A stretch of DNA of 64,000 bases from Mytilus edulis (GCF_963676685.1 NC_092352.1:67642001-67706000), one strand, 5' to 3'; numbered from the stretch's first letter, positions 1-13,140 are shown. The notes: generated by a model not told the origin, from the sequence alone. Numbers and translations: made by a program.

Positions 1-1009
1 TAGGACAAAGCAAGGCTGTAATTATTAGTTGATTATATCTGAAGCTAGCCAGAGATCAGAGATCAGTTTCTTGATAAAAACTGTCATTAATGTCAGAAAG
101 TATAGTACCTATTGCTCCGTGTACTTTTGTTTAAGAATTTGTAATTTCGTAATCGGTAAATTGATTACAGATTTGTATATAACGCTGGAATGGTTTTCCT
201 GTCTCCTTAAGTCAGCCCTAATTAACAAGTAAATTGTCATCTATCTTGTATATTTTATTCTGTTGGGAACAATATGCTAATGACAGAATACTCAGACTTT
301 AATAGCAACGCAAAAAATACAATTCTTTCTTATGGTGTGTTTTTCTGTAGTTACTTTTGAGATTGAATCCATCCAGGATTAATTTTTACTGGTAGGGATC
401 CCTTGAGAAAGTTGCTTGCATATATATATAGTAAGAAGAGGTGTCAATATTTTGTATATCTTCATATAATAGTGTTTTTTTTTAGTTTATTGAAATTTGT
501 ATATCATTTACTAATGCTCTATTGGGACTTAGATTTGTCTAGAACACTGATAGGGTGATTAGTTGCTAAAATATCTGAAGATGTACTTAAAAAAAATTGA
601 AATCAAAGAGGTATATAAGAGGAGAAAGGACCTCAGTAAGCTCTTATAATAAAAGCATTTCTAGGAATAGTAACAAATTTACACCTCTTGCACCAAATAA
701 ATGACTGAAATCTTAAATGGTTTTCATAGAGACTAATTTCATATTTTTATCATTTGTCATTTTGAATGTCTTTTAAAATTGTTGACTGTCGTAGTCAAAA
801 AGAGAGAAATGCTGTTTCTGGAGGCAACAGCAATGTATTACTTTGTGATAAGGTCTAGTTTAGGTGAACAACTAGTGGTAAGTCAATGATATTTGGTATG
901 CTGCAGTTGTTTAGGCATTTTCACATCTCAGTTCCATATAGGGTTAATTTGTCTCAGCCCATTCATTCATTGTCTATTGTCTTTGAAACTTTGCTTAGTT
1001 TACATGTAT

Positions 1010-1592
1010 AAAGGAGTATGTTCGATAAGGTCCTAAAATGGCCCCCTTTTTTAGCGTAAATTTCAAATTCGGATTTATTTACCAATATCACGATAAATTA
1101 TAGCTAATACATTGACTAGATAGGATATAAGCCATTTTATTGAAAATTTCACGTTTCTGCGTTTTATTATGACGTCACAAGTTGTACTCATATTGATTTT
1201 TCACGAAAAAATCAATGAAAAGGGGTAATTTCCACAGATTATTGGACAGGAAACATAGAGCGCATACGTCGACAACAAAGATCTTTTAAAATAATGTTTG
1301 TGAAGACATTTCACATGTCTTATTTGAATATTAAGCTTGTCGACGCCTGCGCTCTATGTTTCCTGGTCCTTTATTTGGTTGAAATCCAGCTGATTTTGTC
1401 AAATTTCACAAAAATCTCTTATCTTGACCTTTTTTGGGATGTAAAAATAAACGTGTTAGAATTAAACTTTAACAAAAACAGTTCTGTTTAACTTTCTCAC
1501 ATGTCTTTAAGGCAACTTAAAGCATTTATTGTCTTGTAACTATGAACTTTATAATTGGGGCCAAATATGGCCCTTACCGAACTTACTCCTTT
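1010..1592. mobile_element. ~580 bp MITE, Kolobok-like termini, with central palindrome
   Basis: TIRs aaggagtatgttcgataagg / ccttaccgaacttactcctt; internal inverted pair ggaaacatagagcgca..gtcgacaa (~1249-1275) / ttgtcgac..tgcgctctatgtttcc (~1338-1363). Confidence 0.8.
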
Positions 1593-3547
1593 GTGATGAT
1601 GTCAATTTATGAGAACAATTTTAACAATTTTAAACACAAAATCCATAGTTATTGATGTTTTGTTGATCAGGATATAAATGGTCTCTTGTCAGATTTATTA
1701 TATTAATAACAGGTCTGGAAAGGGGAAGATTTAGATTGTAATTGATTCAGAATTGATATAAGTATTGGTGACAATTTGTAGTCAGAGGATAAATCTATGT
1801 GACAAATAAATCTATGTGACAAATAAATCTAATAACCCTTACACTAATTTGGCCAGGGAATTTACTCTTCACTGGACATTTAGAAGACTGAAACTAAATA
1901 TTCTGTCTATCACAGAATGCCAAATGAACGAACTTTGTGATTAATTATAAGTATTACTATTTTAATTGACCAGTGCTTTTCATGCAATCTAGCATTGCAA
2001 CCAGATGAAAACTAATTTTTCCGCTTCAGTTGGTTTCACGTCTAGTACAAATTAAACATGGATTTGTTACAATTGACGTTTTTAGTGGAAAGACTTAATA
2101 GCGCTGTTGAAGGGTTAAAACATGAACAAGCATTTGCATAACAGCATGAAATGAATAGGAGCAATTGATTTTTATCCTGAAATCAGAAAAGAGACTGCTG
2201 GTAGAATTAATAAGCTAATGACGTTTGACAAAGGAAGGTTTATTAAATTGAAGCATTAAGTGGTAGATGGAAACATAATGACTGAATAGTCAGGTTGGGT
2301 TGTGGACATGTAATGTTATGTTATCAATATGGGTTAATGAATCAAGGTATTTTTTGGCAAATAGATTTTAAAGTACACTTTAGTATGGGTTAGGGTTAAA
2401 AAATAATTACTCAGTACTTGTGTATAAAATAGATACTCCAAGCATCAAATCCTCTATTTTGAGTCTGAGTATGACATTGTACTCTTACATTTTTTTTATG
2501 GACGCAAGTACTGATACTGATGTCCAAATTAAAAGTGATTGATAAGTTGTCCTTTATCTATTTATAATTGTTATTTAAGGCAGTTTTGATAAAGAATTTG
2601 TGAAATTTAATGTCACCTGACAGTGATGCTTTAGTGACACATACATATAACTTTTGTCATCTTGCACCGTGTTATTGACTTGACAGAAATTAACACACAC
2701 TTAGACACAATTGTTCCCAATATAAAATATTGCGCCTGCTTTTTTTAAAATTTTGATCTTAGTCAGTTTTGAGGTTTCCCATACCATAACATGGACATAG
2801 CAATTTCTGCTTATCAACTCAAAAAACCAAATAACTGAATTCACAATCTCATTTTATCTTAAAAAAATGATGAAGAATGAAACTGCAAAACTCTCAGACA
2901 TTTTGACAAGGAATTTAAGATTTCTTGACAGAAAATAGTTTTTCTGATGATTAATATATTTCAATTTGTTGTAAAAACATCATTTCTATGTCTTGAAAAT
3001 ATATTGTTTAGAGTGTTGGGATATAATTTTATTTGTCAAAGGGAGATAATCTAAATTATATTTTTTTGCTATTTATTGCAATCAATAACAAATGATTTAA
3101 TATTGGAAAGCATTTCCTTAAGTTTAACTGTAGCTTTGAGCATTCTATTATTGAGAACTCATTAACTACTTAAAATCAGTAATATAAATCATACAATGTT
3201 ATTAGAAAATATTTCTCAAAGTATCACCAAAAGAGTGAACTTCTGATAAATAGTGATTTATTTTGGATTATTTATAATTTTTTGTATGTTAACTTATCCA
3301 TCAAAACTGTTTTTCTTCAATATTATTTGATATCACACATTTCAGTGATATCTGCAATATTTAAGATAGGGATTTTGGAGTTACAGAAAATATTGGTACA
3401 AAGAGAGGTAACTCAAATTTGATGTTGCAGATTTGAACCAGGTTTCACCGTTTGCCAGTAAGTTATCTTTGTACATGTTAGCAATTCAGGTATTTATTTA
3501 TAAAATGATTGCTTCACTTGGTTTAATTTGTCTCGTTTTCTTTTCAG

Positions 3548-3608
3548 GGAAGTACAATACGAAAGAGAAAAATGTATGAAGAATTTCTTTGTAAAGTTTC
3601 TATATTGG
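3548..3608 (+). CDS. PRKAR1: cAMP-dependent protein kinase type I regulatory subunit, internal exon ([20 protein letters not shown])
   Basis: ttttcag| acceptor, |gtaaga donor; translation nearly identical to the RI linker between the two cNMP domains ([20 protein letters not shown]). Upstream exons lie outside the window. Confidence 0.96.
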
Positions 3609-3781
3609 GTAAGAGTATCTATATTATTTCTCATCCTTTATATTACATGCTTTTAAAAAGACAAAACTTAAATCTATTTTAAAGGACCACTTCAACCTGT
3701 TTAACCAACAGAAGAGATTACAATTAACAACATTGTCATATTTGTGGATTCACAAATTTGAAGTTGTCCTGAACATGCATG

Positions 3782-4218
3782 CAAATATTTGTCACTGGAC
3801 AGTAATCATACAAATATTTGTCACTGGACAGTAATCATGCAAATATTTGTCACTGGACAGTAATCATACAAATATTTGTCACTGGACAGTAATCATGCAA
3901 ATATTTGTCACTGGACAGTAATCATGCAAATATTTGTCACTGGACAGTAATCATGCAAATATTTGTCACTGGACAGTAATCATGCAAATATTTGTCACTG
4001 GACAGTAATCATACAAATATTTGTCACTGGACAGTAATCATACAAATATTTGTCACTGGACAGTAATCATGCAAATATTTGTCACTGGACAGTAATCATG
4101 CAAATATTTGTCACTAGACAGTAATCATACAAATATTTGTCACTGGACAGTAATCATGCAAATATTTGTCACTGGACAGTAATCATGCAAATATTTGTCA
4201 CTGGACAGTAATCATGCA
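3782..4218 (+). repeat. Minisatellite, ~15 x 29 bp (caaatatttgtcactggacagtaatcat[g/a])
   Basis: Near-perfect tandem units with 29-bp period inside a PKA RI intron. Confidence 0.97.
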
Positions 4219-4556
4219 ACAAACAATGAATCAAATTCAAGATTACTTAAACAATATTTTTGTACAGCTAAGGTGCAATTGGTTGTAAAAATTACTTTGC
4301 CCTTGTAACAATCTTTCTTTAATATGGATGTAATAAACTGGTACTAGATATTTTCATAAATCGTTGACTGTTATGTGTTTTACCTGCTTGTGTGAAATTC
4401 TTGTAATATATAGCATTTTTTACCACAATTCAATTTTAAACCCGAGTATCATAATCGCTTCATTATCATATTGAAGTATTCCATGAAATTTTTAGCTTTG
4501 GCTATTGAATTGACATTACAATCATAAAAAGTTGTAAATATGTATTCTTTAAACAG

Positions 4557-4678
4557 AAAATCTTGACAAATGGGAGAGACTAACAGTAGCAGATGCCTTA
4601 GAACCAGTACAATTTGAAGATGGAGAGGAAATAGTTAGGCAAGGGGAACCAGGAGAAGATTTCTTTATCATTGCTGAG
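4557..4678 (+). CDS. PRKAR1: PKA RI exon ([41 protein letters not shown]), start of cNMP-binding domain B
   Basis: aaacag| acceptor, |gtaagg donor, phase 1 to 0 fits neighbours; RI-typical sequence. Confidence 0.97.
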
Positions 4679-4836
4679 GTAAGGGGAAAATAGTTAAGCA
4701 TGGGAAACCAGGGGAAGATTTCTTTATCATTGCTGAGGTAAGGGAAATAGTAAGGTTCCCAGGAGAAGATTTCTTTATCATTGATGAGGTAAGGGGAAAA
4801 TGGTCATGCATTAGGGACCAGGATTTCTTTATCATT
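4679..4836 (+). repeat. Degenerate tandem copies of the PKA exon 3' end plus splice donor
   Basis: gaagatttctttatcattgctgag|gtaagg recurs with GT at 4738 and 4789, plus a decayed fourth copy. Confidence 0.9.
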
Positions 4837-5164
4837 TTAAATGTATGGAAAATAAGTTTGTGAATTTAGATTTGATATTGTAGATGTAAACACAAATTTA
4901 ACATTATTGGAAACAAAAATGTAAGCTGTTTTAGTGTATATAAATTTCAAGACAACAGTTATTGCTGAAATCATCTTCTGAACGGATGTTCTTTTTGATG
5001 AAAAAAAAAAAATATAAGGAAGATTACAAGATTGTTATAAATGAAATTGTTTTCATTTGAATTTTTGTTATTCCGTCTGTCCCACTTCAGGTTAAAAGTT
5101 TTTGGTCGAGGTAGTTTTTGATGAAGTTGGAGTCCAATAAACTTGAAACTTAGTACACATAGGT

Positions 5165-5425
5165 ATAGGAAGATATGGTATGAGTGCCAATGAGACAACT
5201 CTCCATCCAAATAACAATTTATAAAAATAAACAATTATAAGTCAAGGTATGGCCTTCAACACGGAGCCTTGGCTCACACCGAACAACAAGCTATAAAGGG
5301 CCCCAAAATTACAAGTGTAAAACCATTCAAACGGGAAAACCAATGGTCTAATCTATATAAAAAAACGAGAAACGAGAATCATGTCTAAATTACATTAACA
5401 AGAGAACTACTGTACATCAGATTCC
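5165..5425 (+). repeat. Abundant dispersed repeat family (gaagatgtggtatgagtgccaatgagacaactctcc...), SINE-like, unclassified
   Basis: Related copies at ~9905-10050(+), ~21880-22060(-), ~25325-25460(+), ~26545-26795(-), ~49050-49170(+), ~59560-59690(+); overlapping piece at ~45180-45595. Confidence 0.8.
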
Positions 5426-5698
5426 TGTTCCCTATGATATGATCTTTCTAATTTTAATGCCAAATTAGAGTTTTTACCCCATTTTCACAGTCCACTGAAC
5501 ATAGAAAATGATAGTGCGGATTTGGCATCCATGTACTATGGAAACATTCTTGTTTCTCATTTTTTTTTATGGGTTAGCTACTAGTGATGATTTACTAATA
5601 TCAATTAAAGCAGATCGATGTAATGCAGTGTCTATGGGACAGCTATCTGAATAATATGATTGTGTAATTTACTATATACATTGTTGTTTTTTCGACAG

Positions 5699-5780
5699 GG
5701 TCAAGCTTCCGTTTTACAGAGAAAGTCAGATGATGAGGAACCAATAGAAGTAGGAAGATTAGGAGTCTCAGATTACTTTG
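5699..5780 (+). CDS. PRKAR1: PKA RI exon ([28 protein letters not shown])
   Basis: cgacag| acceptor, |gtgagt donor, phase 0 to 1. Confidence 0.97.
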
Positions 5781-5978
5781 GTGAGTTACAGATAACAAAA
5801 CATTCTAATGATTCCCCTCACCTGGGATGAAAGTGCAACAGCACAACACAAGAACAAACTGCACAAAACAATAATCAAAAAAGCATATAAGATAAACAGA
5901 AACAAATGACAACCACTTAATTACAGGCTCCTGACTTGGGACAGGCCTTTTTGTGTTACATTCAGTTTGAGTGCTTAA

Positions 5979-6377
5979 GGATGTACTTAGGTGAGGTTAG
6001 TTGAAAATTAATAAATTAAGAAGTTAAAATTGAAATTATAAGCTGGTAGAGCATCAATTAAGGATAGAAATAAGGTAAAAATATTGATAGGTCATGGACC
6101 TCCTTTTCGAGATAATTGAGTTTTAAAATATGGCGGGAAAAGGCTGACTCGGACTTTTACCTTATATTTGCATTGGTATTATTGGGTCTAAAAACAAAAG
6201 AAAGAAAATTAAGAATCTTCTAAAATTTTGGTAAATGACCTTTCATGAGCTATTAAGTCTTATATGAAAAAATAAATGGGTGTTATGGAGCAAAATATAT
6301 TACAGTGTATTGTATGGGAAAACACCAAGGAGTCCGAACATTTGACACCAATTCAAAAACCTCACCTAAGTACATCC
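5979..6377. mobile_element. 399 bp MITE with TTAA target duplication (Kolobok-like)
   Basis: Perfect 20-bp TIRs ggatgtacttaggtgaggtt / aacctcacctaagtacatcc; TTAA on both sides (5975-5978, 6378-6381). Confidence 0.9.
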
Positions 6378-6597
6378 TTAAAGCAAAATGTTTGGTGCAA
6401 GGACCCAGTCACAGAAAATAACTTAAAAATATTAAGATTTCAACACTGGCTTTTGTAATACTGAATTAATTGATTAGATATTTATTATATGAAGGTCATA
6501 TTTCAAAGGCGGTTGCTGATTGAGTTTAAGTTTAACACCTGACCTTAACATCCTACCTTTAAGTCAATTATTAACTTCAATATTTTAATATTTGCAG

Positions 6598-6770
6598 GTG
6601 AAATTGCTTTAATATTAGATCGACCCAGAGCTGCCACAGTCATCGCACGAGGCCAATTAAAATGTGTCAAACTAGACCGAGGGCGATTTGAGCGTGTATT
6701 AGGGCCTTGTTCGGACATTCTCAAGAGAAACATTTCACAATACAATAGTTTTGTATCATTATCAGTGTAG
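6598..6770 (+). CDS. PRKAR1: PKA RI last coding exon ([14 protein letters not shown]...[17 protein letters not shown])
   Basis: tttgcag| acceptor; phosphate-binding cassette GEIALxxxxPRAAT; RI-type C-terminus YNSFVSLSV; TAG ends at 6770. Confidence 0.97.
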
Positions 6771-9700
6771 AACTTACTCAGTTGTATAGATTTTATTTTT
6801 TGATATTTTATGGACGCAGATTAAAGTATTTTGCTATTTTCCGCGGATTTCATTTGTGAAATGATCTCAATAAATTCTTCAGGAAGTTTTGTATGAAATG
6901 TTTAATTGAATGTTTGAATGGAAGTTAAAATGATAAAAAATCTACTAAAAAAAGTGTTATGCCCCTTTTCCATTTCTTTCAAATATGTATATGAAACCCT
7001 CAAGATTTGATTAAAAGAGAGGATGAATTTTCATGAACACATATTTAAAAAGATAAATAATTCCTATTTTTAGTTTTACTTGACACAAGCTCAAGAGATC
7101 TCATAAATCAGGTTTTAAAAATTACACGAATTATTCATAGAGATGAACTAAATAATTTTTTTGTTTCCCATAATTAATAATATGCAAATTACCTTTGTGA
7201 TGAAAGTTAATTAATATGTTTTATGGTTTGTCTGCAGGTGTTGAGCTTTATACTTTAAAATTCATATTTCCATGAGTTTATTTAAATGAAAATAGCAAAG
7301 TACTTTCTATATGTGTTGTTCCAAAGTCGTTAAAAATTATTTATTATTAATTTAATAAAGCTAGGGCTTAAGACTTGTGATAGGTTAGGCTTTGTTAGAA
7401 TTGTACAAATTTTACTATGCTGTACATTGCTTATATAGAAGTTATTGTACAGTATAGTATGTATATGCTATAGCTTTTGGGGTATTTTATTAGGAATTTA
7501 TCACTCTAACAATATTAAGCATTACGAAAAAGATTTTTTTCTGAGGTTATGTTATTTTGATAGAGACAGACATGATCTTAATCTTTTTATCTATCTCCTG
7601 ATAAGGTCTTAAAATTGTAAAATCAAATAAATAAATTTTTCTAGTTACAGTCATGGTCATTAGTTTTAGTACTTATTTTGTATTAAACTTATTATATAAT
7701 ATCCTATGTCTATTCTTGCAAGAAGATTTCTCAAAGGGAAAAGAAATGAATTCAAATTGCTAAAACCAGTTTCTTTGTCAAATGTTAGACGAGCCTGGTT
7801 AATAAATGTTGTTTGACTGTGTGGCCTTTTGTTAATATCTTTGAAGATTAGATTTATTGTTTTGTTTTTCCTGTTTATTTTAAGTTTGTTTTGTTTGCTG
7901 ACTAAAAAAAATAGTTTATTTTAACATAGATGCTTACACTTTCAATGCTTCTAAATGATGAGCAGTTGTTCCAAATTAAAATATTGATGTCAACTTTGTT
8001 TATGACCTTGATCATTCAAAAATTACTTGTATTAGTATTTAGGGGCTGATTACAAATTTTTGAAAGGTGGGAGAGGGGATATTAAAAAAAAATATTAATT
8101 CCAAATTTTTGAGAAAAAAAAGGAGGGGGGGATGGTAGTTCCAATTTTTTTGAGAAAAAAATGGAGGGGGGGTATCTAGGAAAGAAAACATAAGGTCTTA
8201 AATATTTTTTGGGTCAGTTTTATGCTAAAAATGATATACTTCCCACTCTAATATCACTCTACATGAGGTATGCCTCCTATGGTTTATAGACGTGGTTGTT
8301 TAAAAGAAAAGTTGATTTTGATATTTTGGTTTGAAACTCCTGGGAGCCAATCTCAATCTTATTATTATTAAGCTCAATGTACAAATGTTTATTTATTTGT
8401 TTTTTATCAAAGCTTATTCTTGTTGGTATTTTCAGCAGGGCATTTTTTTTCTGTAAAAGTCCATTTCATTTTGTATTACCTCCCTTTCCTTGAAAGTTTT
8501 TTTTAATTTTAAATTATGACTAATTTATTTATAGAATTTATTAATCTATTTTCCGATTAACAAACAAATTGATTCTTCCCTAAGTATCTTGGAAAGAATA
8601 AATGTCTGAAAAAAAGCCTGAGAATGTTTCCTGTCAATTACCATAATGTACAATGGGAGATAACCACAGTAGTTATAATTTCCAAAGTTTTGCTTGCCAC
8701 CATTTATCTTGTGTAGTGAAAGGTAAATTATTATAGTTGTCATATTAATACATTCTATATTGGGTTTTTCCTGTTCTATTTATAAATAGCACAAAATACG
8801 TAGCTGCAATTGAAATAGGAAAGGTTTATTTTAGAAGTGTTAGATTTTCAGATTTTTTTTTGTAATATTTTTTTAATGATTGCAGTTTTATGTTTAATAA
8901 TAGTGATTTTTTTTATGTTTAATAAAAATTTAATTTAAATAATAAATTTTCCTTTAAATGTATATTTCATGCAGTACAGCTTGAAGTAAAATTTTACGCA
9001 TGTTTAAAGATAATTTCTTCCCTTCTCTTTTAATACTGTAGAAACATCTGTTATCATGGAGGAAAATTCATTAGTTTTGTCTCTAAGATTAATTTTGTTG
9101 GGATTAAATTCGATAGATTTCTAGTAGGTAGAGAAAGAAATGTTTTTTTATTATGATTTTTTGGGGGTCTTTGAATTCATGGATAGTATCTAGTACAATA
9201 TTATCTAAACAGCTTATTTAGTATAGGCCATTTATTTTTTTTGATGAATTTTTTTAATTTCCCTTCAACAATTGTATTATATTTGTCAAGCTACCTCTCT
9301 GATGTACAAGAAAACATTGGAATGGGTATCTAAATGTATATCTGGTCATTTATGAGCATACCGGTAACTAAAAAAATCAAAAAGTCTTGCTAAAGTTATT
9401 AGTTTCATCACGAGTTACTTCCCTTTCATAACAATTGTTAACAATAAATAATGATAAATTTCATCCAGTAATTAGATGATTGAAAAGTTTAATACATTTT
9501 GATAGATCTGATTTCCAGTTATGTAACATTGTATGCTAGTAAAAATGATATATTCCAAGGAACAAAAGGAGTTTTAATATACCTCTGTTGTTTAGTGCAT
9601 GTGTACTTGTCGTCTGCCATTATATGAAATATCTTCAGCTGCTGTATATAAAAACCATGAATTACATTTATTATACATCTTAGGACAGAATTTTACAAAT

Positions 9701-9830
9701 ATAATATTTTGATTTTTTGTGAATTTTATGTTTACTAATGAAATGTTTTGTTTTTTTGCTGAAAATAAACTTGTTGATATGAAGCAATATTAAAAAAAAA
9801 GATATAAATAAAATATTCAGCCATTGCCAT
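6771..9830 (+). other. Probable ~3 kb 3' UTR of PKA RI
   Basis: T-rich stretch with no recognised TE after the stop; AATAAA at 9764-9769 and 9807-9812 just before TE-rich sequence resumes. End not verified. Confidence 0.5.
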
Positions 9831-10050
9831 TCTGTGTCAAAATTTTGAGCTTAGGATGATAGAGGCTTACAATGACTGATTGATTAATTGTGGGTGTTTA
9901 ATAGATATAAGAAGATATGGTATGAGTGCCAATGAGACGACTCAATCCAAGTCACAATTTATAAAAGTAAACCATTATAAGTCAAAGTAGGTCTTCAACA
10001 CAGAGTCTTCGCTGACAACAGCAAGCTTTAAAGGGCTTCAAAAATGACTG

Positions 10051-10230
10051 GTGTTATTGGTGAAGGAAGCCAAAATGGGCCACCAATCTTACGTATGAAA
10101 ATAGACAATCCTTGTCAAATAAGACCAGAGTCAAACACACCTACCATGTGCTGGGCTTGAACTCACCTTCTCAGTGTTAACATACTAGTGATTGCATGTG
10201 ATGTAACATAGACCACCTGCCCACAAAGTC
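10051..10230 (-). mobile_element. Decayed tRNA-derived SINE (V-SINE-like)
   Basis: Minus strand shows A-box-like tgggcaggtgg (10223-10213), B-box-like gagttcaagcc (10164-10154), then ggcttccttcacc; a probable (caat)n tail near 9875-9900 is separated by another insertion. Confidence 0.6.
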
Positions 10231-11009
10231 TTCATGGAATAACTCATGATAAATGCCTGAATAATAATATAAATAAAGAGGTGTGGTTTCATTGTCAAAT
10301 GTGCCCATTCCCATCAAAGACCAATGGACAGGGATACAAACAACTAATTATCCCCATACAAATGCAACCTTAAATAATAAGCAAAACTCATCAGCTATAA
10401 AAGGCATTTTAATGACGAAATGTGAGCCAACTCAAAAGAAAAAAGAACACTGTAACCAACGACAAACACTATAGACTAAAGACTCCTATCTAGGTGTATA
10501 AAAAATGTGACTTTGTTACGCAAAAAAACTTGTATATGAGCATTAGACATCCCTCCTAGCCTAGGACAGTGGTGTATCAAAAAAGCACAAGAACAAACTA
10601 AGTAATAGTAAGAAAAGGCTTGACTCATCAGCTTGGTACAAAGCAAAACGACTAACAGTATAGACAAATACCAATAGATGCTAAGTATCTATCATATAGT
10701 ACTCACAGTTGCAGTGAGTTCCAAACCTTATTTCAACTGTTAAACAAGCACTTTTCAAAGACTAAATATCAATCAAGTTCAGCTAAAACGGCTTCGTAGG
10801 GGTTGTATGATGCCAAGGGGTTCCATTTGAAAGTGTAAATGTATAACTTGAGAAATCCTGCGAAGTCTAGTTTATAGGCATATTTCAGAAGAGGTTCACA
10901 CCTGTAGTTGAACATGATACTCAGCAACATTTTAGACCCTACCAAATATCGTTTGTTTCTAGTCTTAGGTCAAACATTTCTGTCAAGTCTCAAAACATAC
11001 ACCAAATAA

Positions 11010-13140
11010 CAAAACAAATAATCACAAGAAATATTTCCCACAAAACAGTCAGTAAAGTTAATAACCACAAGAGATATTTAATACTGGGGATCAATATGCT
11101 TATAATCACAAGAAATATTTTACACTTGACAACGAATAACTTATTATCAAGAGAAAAATTGGACACTGACCAGCAAGTCACTAGACAGAAAGTAGCATAT
11201 GATCACAATGAATATTTACCACTAAACAGTTAGAAGCTATTGATCACAAGAAATGTTTGCGACTTGACAGAAACTACTAGAACATTTATCAATGGACAGC
11301 AAGTAGCTTATGATCACAATTATTTTTTTCCACTGAACAGATAGAAGCTTATGACCACAAGACCACAAGAAATATTTGCAACTTGACAGTGATCAACTTA
11401 TAACCACAAGATTTATTTACCGCTGTGCAGCAAGTATCTACTGACCACAAGAAGTATTAATCACTGGACATTAAGTAGCGAATGCTCACAATACATATTT
11501 TACACTGGACAACAAGTAGCTTATTATCAGAAGAAATAGTGGACACTGAGCAGGAAGAAACTAATGACCACACGAAATGTTTGACCCTAGAAAGTTAGCA
11601 GCTCATGAACACGAGAAATAGTTGACAAAAACAGCATGTAGCTAATGAACAGAAGAAATAATTAACACTCGACAATAAGAAGCTGATGATCACACGAAAT
11701 ATTTGATACTCGACAATCAGTAGCTAATGATCATAAGAAATAATTGACGCTGTAAAGCAAATCAGCTGATGATCACAAAAAATACTTTCCATTGGACAAT
11801 AAGTAGCTAATGATTATAAGAAATATTTGCCATTGGAAAGCAAGAACCTAATGATCACAAAATATGTTTGCCAAATGACTGAAAGCAAATGATATCACGA
11901 AATGTTTGCGATTGGACATCAAGCTAATGTTCACAAGAAACATTTTCCACAGGACAGAAATCTAATGATCACAGTGAATGTTTTCCTCTGAACAGTCAGA
12001 AGCAAGAAATATTTACCACTGGACAGAAAGCTTATGATTACAAGAAATATTTGCGACTGCAGAGAAAGCTGATGATCACAAGACACATTTGCGACTGGAC
12101 AGAAAGCTAGTGATCACAAGAGATATTTGCGACTGGACAGAAAGATAATGACCACAAGAGGTATTTGCGACTGTACAGGAAGCTAATGATTACAAGAAAT
12201 ATTTGCGACTGGACATGAAGCTAATGATCACAAAAATATTTGCCACTGAAAAAATGCTTATGATCACCAGAAATGTTTGCCACCCGACAGTGAGAAGCGA
12301 ATGATCAAAAGAAATATTTGACAGAATGTAGCTTATGCTGACAAGACATATTTGCTACATGACAATGAGAGCGAAGCTTAAGATCACAAGAAATATTTGT
12401 CACTGGAAAGTCAGTAGCTTATGATCCCAATGAATGTTTCCACTGTTAGAAGCTTATGATCACAATATATATTTACGACTGAACAGAATTTAATGATCAC
12501 AAGAAATATTTGCTACTGGACATAAAGCTTATGATAAGAAATATTTGCCACAGGACAGAAAGCTAATAATCACAAGAAATATTTGCCATTGGAAGGCAAG
12601 AACCTAATGATAACTAGAAATACTTGCCACAGGACAGAAAGCTAAAGATCACCAGAAATATTTGCCATTGGAAAGCAAGAACCTTATGAGCACAAGAAAT
12701 ATTTGCGACTGGACAGAAAGCACCCGATCACAAGAAATATTTGCCACCCAACAGTGAGAAGCGAATGACCAAAAGAAATATTGTCAGTACGTGGTTAATG
12801 ATCACAAGACATATTTACCACAGGACAGAAATCTTAAATGATTACCAAAAATAGTTGCCCAAGGACAGAAAGCTTAATTTAATGATCACCAGAAATATTT
12901 ACCACCGACAGTGAGAAGCGAATTATCACACGAAATATTTGACAGTATGTAGCTCTTGCTGACAAGAAATATTTGCCACTTGACAATGGGAAGCTTATGC
13001 CAACAAAAAATATTTGTCACTGGACAGCAAGTAGCACAATGAACAGTTAATTATAACCACAAGAAATATTAACCGCTGTAAAGTAAGTAGCTACTGACCA
13101 CACTAAAAATTAATCACTGGACATTAGATAGTGAATGATC
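11010..13140 (+). repeat. ~2.1 kb diverged satellite, 38-41 bp units (tgatcacaagaaatatttgccactggacagaaagctaa)
   Basis: Period 41 bp (11687 to 11728) and 38 bp (12073 to 12111); multi-unit block duplications visible. Confidence 0.93.

Noticed and set aside
3782-4218. CRISPR-like regular repeats
   Set aside because: Units abut with no unique spacers, no cas genes, and the array lies in a eukaryotic intron.
6545-6745. 66-aa minus-strand ORF
   Set aside because: Antisense shadow of the last PKA RI exon.
11010-13140. Possible CRISPR array or coding repeat
   Set aside because: Variable parts are diverged versions of one monomer, not unique spacers; unit lengths are not multiples of 3 and no long ORF exists.
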